This document shows positions 53,071-64,000 of a stretch of DNA of 64,000 bases, in pieces (position 1 is the stretch's first letter; each line of letters opens with the position of its first letter). The DNA lies in contig CM059432.1 in the NCBI GenBank assembly GCA_030390025.1, positions 63,552,001-63,616,000 of the forward strand, read 5' to 3'. A program made the translations under genes and the position numbers. The DNA comes from Squalus acanthias. Lineage: Eukaryota. The notes below the pieces were generated by a model, which was not told where the DNA came from, did no database searches, and saw only the letters and a list, made by a program, of their open reading frames with translations.

Positions 53071-53290
53071 TGCTTGCCTCTCTTCCGCGGCCACGTTAGC
53101 GCCCGGGTGGCCCTGGAGATGGAGCACGTGGTGTCCGCCGGCACGCTTGAGGCCTTCCGCGACCGGTGGGCACCGCAGGGACTGGAGTGCATCATCACCC
53201 CCGGCAACAAAATTTTAATTTAATTGTTAAGTTTTCCTTAATTTTTTTTTAGTTACAGTCTATTTGTTTATTGTTTTCCACCAAAAAGAG
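53071..53290 (+). mobile_element. Tx1/L1-clade LINE 3' end
   Basis: GC-rich frame CLPLFRGHVSARVALEMEHVVSAGTLEAFRDRWAPQGLEC...ILI* (53071-53223), then a T-rich UTR. Confidence 0.65.
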
Positions 53291-53628
53291 CTGCCGAAGC
53301 ATGCTGCGTGAAGGTGTTCAGCTTAGAAAAAATTACAAAACTTTGAAAACCTTTCAGTGTTTGGTCGGCCTGCAGGATCCCCTCAGTGGAGGTCCAGGGA
53401 CAGGCCACAGCGCTCGGATAGGGCCTCACAGAAATGGTGTAGCAGAACTATTCAGCTCCCAAAAACTGTTGGGCTATCCCTGCAAGGTAATTGTTTCCCA
53501 TTTTGTGGCATGTAACAGACCCAGAATGAAACCTGTACTTGCTATAACATTTTGGGATACGGTATATGAGTAATTTGAGACATGACATGTGGTAAGTGTA
53601 GCATGGAAGGAACTGGTTACTTTGGACC

Positions 53629-54025
53629 TTTTTCATTCATTCCTGGGATGCGGACATCGCTAGCAAAGGCAGCATTTATTGCCCATCCTAATTGCCCTTG
53701 AGAAGGTGGTGAACCGCTGCAGTCCGTGAGGTGGTTTCATAGCGGTTTGATACTAAGTGGCTTGTTTGGCCATTTCAGAAGGCAGTTAAGAATCAACCAC
53801 AGTGCTGTGGGTCTGGAGTCACATACAGGCCAGACTGGGTAAGAGCAGCAAATTCCCTTCCCTAAAGGACATTAATGAACCAGATGGGTTTTTACGGCAA
53901 TCTAGTAGTTTCACAGTCACCATTACTGATACTAGCTTTTTATTCCAGATTTATTTAATTAACCAAATTCAAATTCCACAACGGCCTCTGGATTACTAGT
54001 CCAGAAACATTACAACCATGCTACC
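53629..54025 (-). mobile_element. tRNA-SINE with a family B tail, second copy
   Basis: Colinear with 50632-51052. Confidence 0.75.
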
Positions 54026-54803
54026 ATTCCCAAAGCTGTCCTCACCTCCTGTCTGGATCTGTAGACTAATTGATAGAGATTGATTGCTATGATAAGTCAA
54101 CAACTCCATTATCATTCTATCATGCGAATACCAGGATGAGAGAAGGTGAACTAGCTGGACCGGGATCTTCTTTCATCTACCAATTGCAATGTTCCTTGCT
54201 CTCAGCAGGCACAGGCTCCATTGGTGGAGAACGGGGCATAATTTCCCAGGACATGCTCCCTTGATGTGAGAGTGTGTGTGTATGTGGGGGAGGGGGGGGA
54301 GGTGGGGGTTAATGACATGTGAAGATCCACCCTCTCCTCCCCACCAAAATCTCTTGGCCTCTTCTCCATGGGGCGGATTCCTGGTTGAACCTAGCAAGAT
54401 CCTTCTGGTAGTTAGACTGAAGATGCACCCTAACCTCTGTGTCCCAGCTCTGGAGTAGGTTGAACAAAATGGATAAAGAAATCAAGAAAGTCTTCTCCAA
54501 CCTGACGTCCCAAGTGTAGCAAGTGCTAGCCCTTTTGGCATGCACTGTCGCAGCCTCAACAAGTGAAACCATAGCATAGCCTAGATGTTCACACTGCAGC
54601 TATAAGAGACTTGAATGAAAAATGCAGCAAGTTGTGCAGAACAACTTTAATTCAGTAGGTGCGACTGCAGAGCATTCTGGACGAGGGATTGCAAAAGCTG
54701 ACACAGGTACATAGTTCTGTAATGAAGAATTTGTTCCATCTTAGAACACACAGCAATCAGTGTATAAAGCCCTTAATAATCCTTAATTGGTATTATTAAA
54801 GGT

Positions 54804-55230
54804 AGAAAGAACTTGCATCTATATAGTGTCTTTCATCAGCACTGGACTTCCCAAAGCACTTCACAGCCAATGAAGTACTTTTTAAAGTGTATCCACTGTA
54901 GGAAAATGTAGCAGCAACTTTGTGCACAGCAAGGTGCCACAAACAGCAATGAGATAAATGACCAGCTAATTTGTTTTCGTGGTATTGGTTGAGGGATAAA
55001 TATTGGCCCGGACACCCTACTCTTCTTCAAGTAGTACCATTGGATCTTTTATATCCACTTGAGAATGCAAACTGGGTTTAACATCTCATCCAAAAGACGG
55101 GACCTCCACCAATGCAGCTTTCCCTCACTGCTGCACTGAAGTGTCAGCCTGGATTCAAGCACCTCAAGTAAGGCTTGAGCCCCACAACCTTCTGAGTAAG
55201 AGGCGAGAATGCTACCACTGAGCCAAGGCT
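54804..55230 (-). mobile_element. Deu-domain SINE with tRNA head
   Basis: Head ccttggctcagtggtagcattctcgcc. Body homologous to 37497-37885. Confidence 0.8.
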
Positions 55231-56654
55231 GACATCTTAGGTGGTATTATTACACACCAGGGGGAGGGAATTTTCTCCGTGTGCTAGCTGCTGTAAAATT
55301 GTAAAACCATTTATAAAGTTAAGATTTCACACCACTTATCATAAAGAGGAATTTTTCCTCAGAATAAAAATTTGAAACATCGCTAAACGTGTTAGCTGAT
55401 GCTGCTGATTTTTTTTTAACAGTTCTCGTGTCTCATTTAATGTTAAGTTCCATTAGCTCTCGAAGGGTATATCATACCTGGATGTCCAAAATAGTATTTG
55501 ATTCAGAGCCTATGGGGATTCTAATAGATTGCATTTACTTTGTTTTTCACTGGCAAATACTTTCTACAGCCAGTACCTGCTAATTGATTTCTATTAAGTT
55601 ATATCATAAGTAAATTGTAATTATGTTTCTAAGTGACTTTGTTTGGTTAGAAGACTTTTGCGATAACTGTACTGATCATCATGCGCCAACACTGAAAATG
55701 CTTATTAGTAAAACTGAAGCAATGACAAGCACACATTATGTATTGATATAGGAATGATAAATACTCTCTATTCTGTGTCTTCAGCTGGCTCATTTGCCAT
55801 GCCAACAGAGGCAGCGTTACTATATAAACCCCAGGAAACCTACAGTGATGATTTCATCCTTTGTTGAACAAGAATGGGAAAGAATGATTCTCTATTACAG
55901 AACCATAGCCAGGGCTGAAGTAATACCTCCTACTGGGTTTCACTTGAATTAAATAATTTCTAGTTTGACATTTAATGGTTGGTACATGACAGTCACTCTT
56001 TTCCCCTCTCTGCTGTCAGTAATGTTCATTTTGTGTTAAGTCTAGCTTGGTAAGCTATGTAAAGCAACAGAATATTAAAAAAAACACATATTAAGAAGGT
56101 GCCTTTTTCACAGGTCGATGTTTACAATCTAGTTCCCTTTGAGAGTATAATAAGCTAACATGAAATTAATCTTAAATAAATACATTAATGATTGCTCAGT
56201 GGGTTTCTCTGTCCTGGCAGTCATTTACGTTAGGACCTAAAGTGGTAAGTCTGTATAAAATGTTTTTTGGTGTGGGAGGGGTGGGGTTAAAGAGGTCATT
56301 ATGCTACTTATTATGTAATGCCTGATGGTCCAAGACCTATTGCTGCTGAATCAGTTGTGAAGTTCCAAGACATGGACATAACGATTACATGGGGACGCTC
56401 AATCACATCATACTTAAGAATTCAAGATTGGACCACTACATATATAACACAGTAAGTAGGTTATAATAATGTCAAGGCACATCCAGTGCTTCATTACTAT
56501 ACAAGTCCTTAATATTATTCAATGACAGATACAAAACTAGTTATTAACAGATAAAACTTATGATTCTATTAAAAATAAATAACTTTGATACGGGAATTCT
56601 GTCACATTATGGACTGAAGTCCATTACTGGCCTGCCTTTTATTGTGGAGTCAAT

Positions 56655-57128
56655 TTTTTATTTTATTAATTCATGGGATGTGGGTGCCGTTGGCAAGGCC
56701 AGCATTTATTGCCCATCCTTAATTGCCATTGAGAAGGTGGTGGTGAGCCGTCTTTTTGAACCGCTGCAGTCCATATGGTGAAGGTACTCCCACAGTGCTG
56801 TTAGGTAGGGAGTTCCAGGATTTTGACCCAGCGCGATATATTGCCAAGTCAGGATGGTGTGCGACTTGGATGGGAACTTGGGAGGTGGTGGTGTTCCCAT
56901 GCGCCTGCTGCCCTTGTCCTTCTAGGTGGTAGAGGTCGCGGTTTGGGAGGTGCTGTTGAAGCCTTGGCGAGTTGCTGCAGTGCATCTTGTAGATGGTATA
57001 CACTGCAGCCATGGTGTGCCGGTGGTGGAGGGAGTGAATGTTTAAGGTGGTGGATGGGGTGCCAATCAAGCGGGCTGCTTTGTCCTGGATGGTGTTGAGC
57101 TACTCGAGTGTTGTTGGAGCTGCACTTA
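56655..57128 (-). mobile_element. LINE family B 3' end
   Basis: IGTPSTTLNIHSLHHR and the 3' tail. Confidence 0.9.
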
Positions 57129-57459
57129 TTTGTTTAGGCAGTATTCAATTAGAAATAAAACCATTTTTATCTAAATATATATATGCATTTCTCATACCAG
57201 CACAGGATAAAAATTGGACTATCTTTGCATTATCTCACCTCAATGTAACTTCTCGTGTCTAAAGTCAATATTACTACTGAGTGAATAAATATGAATTCTG
57301 TAAACAGAACATTAACAGAGAGAGATTAAGGGCTTGATTCTCCACTGTGATCGTACCCCAAATCAGGCAAGATTGTGGTGGAGGTGAAAGGCCCGGATCT
57401 GGAGTCAACCTTCCCAGCGGTTCTACCGGAACTCAGCCGGTGCAGGTAAGTAAAAGGGG

Positions 57460-59578
57460 TGGGGCATGGAGGTTAGGGCATTGGGGGCGCGGAGGATAGG
57501 GCATTGGGGGTGCAGAGGAAGGGCATTGGGGGCACAGAGGATAGGGCATTGGGGGCGCAGAGGATAGGGCATTGGGGGCGCAGAGGATAGGGCATTGGGG
57601 GCGCAGAGGATAGGGCATTGGGGGCGCAGAGGATAGGGCATTGGGGGCGCAGAGGATAGGGCATTGGGGGCGCAGAGGATAGGGCATTGGGGGCGCAGAG
57701 GATAGGGCATTGGGGGCGCAGAGGATAGGGCATTGGGGGCGCGGAGGATAAGGCATTGGGGGAGTGGAGGGTAGGGCATTGGGGGTGCAGAGGAAGGGCA
57801 TTGGGGGCGCAGAGGATAGGGCATTGGGGGCGCAGAGGAAGGGCATTGGGGGCGCAGAGGATAGGGCATTGGGGGCGCAGAGGATAGGGCATTGGGGGCG
57901 CGGAGGATAAGGCATTGGGGGAGTGGAGGGTAGGGCATTGGGGGAGTGGAGGGTAGGGCATTGGGGGCATGGAGGGATGGGCATTGGGGGCACAGAGGAT
58001 AGGGCATTGGGGGCACAGAGGATAGGGCATTGGGGGCGCGGAGGATAGGGCATTGGGGGCGCGGAGGGACGGGTATTGGGGGCGCGGAGGAAAGGTCATC
58101 GGGGGCGCGGAGAATAGGCATTGGGGGCGCGGAGGATAGGGCATTGGGGGCACAGAGGATAGGGCATTGGGGGCGCGGAAGGATGGGCATTGGGGCGCAG
58201 AGGATAGGGCATTGGGGGCGTGGAAGGACGGGCATTGGGGGCGCGGAGGATAGGGCATTGGGGGCGTGGAAGGATGGGCATTGGGGGTGCGGAGGATAGG
58301 GCATTGGGGGCATGGAGGGATGGGCATTGGGGGCGCGGAGGATAAGGCATTGGGGTGCGGAGGATAGGGCATTGTGGGCATGGAGGATAGGGCATTGGGG
58401 GCGCGGAGGGACGGGTATTGGGGGCGCGGAGGAAAGGACATTGGGGCCGCGGAGGATAGGACATTGGGGGCGCAGAGGATAGGGCATTGGGGGCGCGGAG
58501 GATAGGGCATTGGGGGCACGGAGGATAGGGCATTGGGGGTGTGGAGGGATGGGCATTGAGGGTGCGGAGGATAGGACAATGGGGGCACGGAGGATAGGGC
58601 ATTGGGGCGTGGAGGGATGGGCATTGGTGGCGTGGAGGGATGGGCATTGGGGGCGCGGAGGATAGGGCATTGGGGGCGAGGAGAATAGGGCATTGGGGGC
58701 ACGGAGGATAGGGCATTGGGAGCGCGGAGGATAGGGCATTGGGGGCGCGGAGGATAGGGCATTGGGGGCGCGGAGGATAGGGCATTGGGGGTGCAGAGGA
58801 AGGGCATTGGGGGTGCAGAGGATAGGGCATTGGGGGCGCAGAGGATAGGGCATTGGGGGCACGGAGGATAAGGCATTGGGGGAGTGGAGGGTAGGGCATT
58901 GGGGGAGTGGAGGGTAGGGCATTGGGGGCATGGAGGGATGGGCATTGGGGCGCAGAGGATAGGGCATTGGGGGCGTGGAAGGACGGGCATTGGGGGCGCA
59001 GAGGATAGGGCATTGGGGGCGTGGAACGATGGGCATTGGGGGTGCGGAGGATAGGGCATTGGGGGCATGGAGGGATGGACATTGGGGGCGCGGAGGATAA
59101 GGCATTGGGGTGCGGAGGATAGGGCATTGTGGGCATGGAGGATAGGGCATTGGGGGCGCGGAGGGACGGGTATTGGGGGCGCGGAGGAAAGGACATTGGG
59201 GCCGCGGAGGATAGGACATTGGGGGCGCAGAGGATAGGGCATTGGGGGCGCGGAGGATAGGGCATTGGGGGCACGGAGGATAGGGCATTGGGGGTGTGGA
59301 GGGATGGGCATTGAGGGTGCGGAGGATAGGGCAATGGGGGCACGGAGGATAGGGCATTGTGGGCGTGGAGGGATGGGCATTGGTGGCGTGGTGGGACGGG
59401 CATTGGGGGCGCGGAGGATAGGGCATTGGGGGCGCAGAGGATAGGGCATTGGGGGCGAGGAGAATAGGGCATTGGGGGCGCGGAGGATAGGGCATTGGGA
59501 GCGCGGAGGATAGGGCATTGGGGGCGCGGAGGATAGGGCATTGGGGGCGCGGAGGATAGGGCATTGGGGGCGCGCAGG
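57460..59578 (+). repeat. G-rich minisatellite, 23-bp unit GGGCATTGGGGGCGCRGAGGATA, about 92 copies
   Basis: Directly visible tandem array with variant units. Confidence 0.97.
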
Positions 59579-60477
59579 GCAGGTCATTTGGGGCATGGGT
59601 TTTGTGGTGGAATAATGTCCCACAATAATCATTTAAAAAGCTTTTCTTTTTGACTTTTTTGGAGTGGCCTGCAAGGTCCCTTTAAGGACTGCGGGTTAGG
59701 CCTTTGTATGTCAAGTACCAATAGTCAGCTCATTAGTCCTTCAAAATTACATCGGGGCCCTATTGACATCATAGGATGCCGATTTGCATGGGCTAATGAG
59801 GCTGCTGGCTGTTTCCGATCTGCCCGTTTAAAAGCCCTCACCAAAAAGCAGTGATGTAACGGCAGGAATGGTGCAATAAGTCGTGCGTTGATATTTTCAT
59901 CATTCTACCACCCGGGTGGGGGGATGAAAATTGCCCGATGACTTCAATGGAAAGGAAAATTGGGAGGGGTGTATAACGGGTTGCTGACCCACTGCCACCC
60001 ATTTCCCACCTGGTGGGAACAGTTAATATCAACTCCGTTATTTTTTCAGTCATGTCACAGCTGATATTATGGTATATCATAGAATCACTCAACTTAATCA
60101 TCTAATGGTTTTTGGCTAAAAATTCCAACATAGATAATAAAAGGTTGAACGCTCACTGGGAATTGTTGAAATTATTCGTGAAGAATAAGATTGTGGTGAT
60201 TGTCTATGGAATAGATCATGACATTTCTACAATAGAATGAGCTAATCTGAATAAATAACCCTTCCTTCTTTCTAAGCTTCACTTATATACTTATGAACGG
60301 TGCCACACTTAAAAACTTCCCAAGCAGTATTTGAACTGATTGCATATCATCTCTGTGTAGATTATTTTCTCAGGAAGGAAATCTTTCTGAGGATGCAATC
60401 AAATGCCAACTGACCTGTAGGACACCTTATCCTTTTAACAATGATAGTCTAGAGTACTTTTCCTAAAATGAAATAAT

Positions 60478-61238
60478 GGGCCAGAAATTCGGCACTTGCC
60501 GGGTGAGTACGCGCTGTGTACTCACCCGTAAGTCCTCCTGAAGTGCCGGTTTCCTGCATGCACGGCGCATGCGCGGGAAACCGGAACTTCCGGTCTCGTG
60601 AAGGGAGGGGTTCAGAGGTGAACCGCGTGCGCGGGAGAGGCTGCGCACACGCAGCGAACTTCGTTTTTTTTTCAGGTTTCTCCGGGAAGGTAAGTATGGA
60701 AGAAGCTGCGCTTTTAAAAAGGAGGCGCAAGACCCGTTTTTAACAAGGTAAGTGATTAATTAATTACAATTTAAAATTTTTTCAACAGGTTTATCTTTTT
60801 TAGATACTTTAAAGAAAGGTAAGTTTATTTTTAGCAGTTAAAAAGTATTTTAATTCTTTCAAAAATTTAAATTTTTGTTAAAAGTAGTTAATTTATTTAA
60901 CTTATAGTTATTTTAAAAATGTGATGGTTTTAAAAAAAAATTATTTGAAGTTTAGGTGTTGTTTTGGGGCTGATTTCAATTCATAGATTTGACACATCTT
61001 CCTGTCAAATCTATGAATGAAAGATGGTCTGCTGCCATTGGCTCTCCATGGCCCACGTGATCCCAGGGGACGCATCGCACTAACTACGCCCCTGGGATAC
61101 ACAAGCACTGCGCGATGGCAGCTGCAGGAGGCCCAGGAGCTGAAGTCCCCGTGGGCCTAGAGGTCGACGGCAGGCGCGGTAGGTAGGTGCGCGCGGGATC
61201 CTTGCACCCGCGGGAAGCCAGGGAGCCGAATTTCTGAC
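60478..61238. mobile_element. MITE family A, copy 3
   Basis: TIRs gggccagaaattcggc / gccgaatttctgac. Colinear with 38053-38817. Confidence 0.88.
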
Positions 61239-63014
61239 AACGCTTGGGTTCTGTGTCACCTAATCTCTTCACAGATAATATAAACTATAAATCTGTGAGT
61301 TACTATGTCACAGTTATCTTGGTTACTAAGGCTGTAAAACCTATCCAAAGTATTCATTGTTGAATATTCACTGTGTATTGGCTAAAATCTCACATGCACA
61401 TAATTACATTAACCTTTGCTTGCTCTGCTGCCTGCGATGCTACATTTGAACACCTTGGGTGAGGGAGGGTAAGAACTCCTTTGGTTTAAAAGAATGTGTT
61501 TCTGATTTTGTTAGAAATACCCAAGGAAGTCTTCATGAACACATTTATGACATTGCTACACACATTGATCAGATGAATTCTTACCACCCCTGCCATGATT
61601 GACTGAGGAACCAGAATTACAATTCTGTTAAATACCTGGAGGTGTGAGATGCTGGACGCAGTTACATATTGACCTTGTAACGGACAAGATTTATTTGTTG
61701 CAAACTGTACAGTTAGTTCCGAGAGAGCAACCAATGTCAAGGATGGCTGTCCAAAATAGTGATTACAGAAGTTAGTAGATTCTCACCATCATTAAAACGC
61801 AAAAATTATTTCCTTATGCTTTAAAATATCGAGTGTTGTTCCAGTTTGAGTGAAGTCCAGTAACTTTTTCTCAGGCCAAGTGCAATGGAATGCTTCCACA
61901 TACAGCTCCACACCTCTTGTGAACCAAACCATTACATTGGGGTAAATTTTCATCTTCACTTCCTGGGTGGTAATCTGGCAGAGCAAATCACCCACCCATT
62001 GTAGAAACTGCCCAATTTTTGTCCTATTGAAATGAGAATCAGGTGGCTTCTACAAAGGGTGGTGAATGCACTCCACCAGATTACTGCCCATGTGTTGAAG
62101 ACATAAATTTGCCCAATATGTGCAAAATAATCTGGGACAGTGGACCGCAGGGTGAACAATGAACCTTTTTACTGATGAGGTACACATCGGAAATGGTATG
62201 GGTTGCCATTGTAAGATTTGAATCTTTCCAAAGGAAGGAAAAGCAGATGTGCTCCACTCAAGTGGATTAGAAGCTCCCAACTTAATGGACCTGTTGGCTG
62301 TTATGAAAAATAGCTGCCAGATAGCCCCCAGCTTCACAGAGGAGTCCTGCTGCACCTTGGAAAGAGAGTATTAAACTTACATCAGGTTCCAGTAGCTTGC
62401 TGGCAGACCCTTCATCTGTAATGCCCACTTTCTTTAGCTGGTTTTCTCTGTTGGCAGGTGCTGGGCAAAACCCGGGGAAAATGCCATGGGTGGCATTATA
62501 ATATCACTCTTGTGCGATTCACATAAAATTTATGTGGCCCCGTCTGCTTCAGCTACAGGCTTCCCTGGAAATGTACATTAAAGGAGCCAGAGACCTGACA
62601 TAATGTGCCTCCACCCTTTTTTATTCTGCCTAGTGTCCTGGAAACAGATGGACACAGAACGCTAGGCTAAGGAATATCATATTCTCGAGAGAGTTGTTTG
62701 CTAATGTTAATGGAAACATTAATGCATTTATTTTAAATTGCCTTCATTAGAATAGTGGGTAGAGAACTGAATAAATTATTTAACTAAAAAACTCATCTTG
62801 TGGGCAAATGAGGACATAATGAAAGCTGAACATTGTCGAAAAGTTCAGTTAAAACTGAAAAGTACAATATATTATGAAATGATCAGGCTAATTCCATGAT
62901 ATGTGTAGATTTTTACTTCTCAGGAAGAACTTGGGAGTCACTGGAAGAAGAGATAGCTATCAAGGAAGTTTGGTAAAAATTAACTAATTTGAAATTCGTA
63001 ACAACAAGGATAAT

Positions 63015-64000
63015 AAGACTTGTGCTCCAGGACTAACCGCACCTCTAGCCAAACTGTTCCAGTACAGCTACAACACTGACATCTGGAAAATTGCCCAGGT
63101 ATATCCTGTCCACAAAAAGCAGGACAAATCCAATCAGACCAATTACCGCCTCATCAGTCTACTCTCAATCATCAGCAAAGTGATGGAAGGTGTTGTCGAC
63201 AGTGCTATCAAGCAGCACTTACTCACCAATAATTTGCTCTTCAGTTGTCAGCTTGGGTTCTGCCTGGACCACTTGGCTCTAGACCTCATTACAGCCTTGG
63301 TCCAAACATGGACAAAGGAGCTGAATTCCAGAGGTGAGGTGAGAGTGACTGCCCTTGACATCAAGGCGGCATTTGACCGAGTGTGGCATTAAAGAACCTT
63401 AGTAAATTTGAAGTCAATGGGAATCAGGGGGAAAACGCTCCACTGGCTGAAGTCATACCTAGCACAACGGAAGATGGCTGTGGTTGTTGGAGGCCAATCA
63501 TCTCAGCCCCAGGACATTGCTGCAGGAGTTCCTCAGGGCAGTGTCCTAGGCCCAACCATCTTCAGCTGCTTCATCAATGACCTTTCCTCCATCATAGGGT
63601 CAGTAGTGGGGATGTTCGCTGATGATTGCACAATGTTCAGTTCCATTCGCAACTCCTCAGATAATGAAGTATTCCGTGACCGCATGCAGCCAGACCTGGA
63701 CGACATTCAAGCTTGGGCTGATAAGTGGCAAGTAACATTCGCGTACCAGGCAATGGCTATCTGGAACAAGAGCGAGTCTAACCACCGCCCCTGGACATTC
63801 AATGGTATTACCATCACCAAATCCCCCACCATCAACATCCTTGGGGTCACCATTGACCAGAAACTGAACTGGACCAGCCACATAGATACTGTGACTACAA
63901 GGGCAGGTCAGAGGCTGGGTATTCTGCGGCAAGTGTCTCACCTCCTGACTCCCCAAAGCCTTTCCACCATCTACAAGGCACAAGTCAGGAGTGTGATGGA
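63015..64000 (+). mobile_element. LINE family B RT region, running off the window
   Basis: NYRLISLLS, ALDIKAAFDRVWH, GVPQGSVLGP, MFADD. Confidence 0.93.

Noticed and set aside
55170..55230. tRNA gene
   Set aside because: It is a degenerate SINE head attached to a Deu-domain body, with no complete cloverleaf.
57460..59578. CRISPR-like array
   Set aside because: Units are contiguous with no unique spacers, the context is eukaryotic and there are no cas genes.
57423..59632. 713, 719 and 481 aa Pro-rich ORFs
   Set aside because: All three minus-strand frames are open because the 23-bp unit lacks stop codons, so these are minisatellite artefacts.

Overview
Vertebrate genomic DNA made up mostly of transposable elements. 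The repeat content (CR1 with esterase ORF1, L2, Deu-domain SINEs, Penelope-like termini, many Harbinger elements) suggests a cartilaginous fish, which is an inference. I found no intact host gene, and the long ORFs are TE relics or minisatellite artefacts. Contents: several CR1 LINEs; about 10 pieces of a second CR1-superfamily LINE plus a tRNA-SINE sharing its 3' tail; an L2; a decayed Gypsy pol; a Tx1-like 3' end; two solo LTRs with clean 4-bp TSDs; PIF/Harbinger transposons (Myb/SANT plus DDE genes) and their MITEs; and a 2.1-kb G-rich 23-bp minisatellite. The most notable structures are (i) a 907-bp near-perfect palindrome (8422-9328) made of two head-to-head Penelope-like termini, each with a minimal hammerhead ribozyme motif, plus inversely duplicated flank; (ii) a three-copy ~765-bp MITE family with covarying hairpins and a cluster of promoter motifs; (iii) a 77-bp TA-flanked hairpin mini-MITE; and (iv) head-to-head LINE pairs. 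All calls were made by eye, with no database search.
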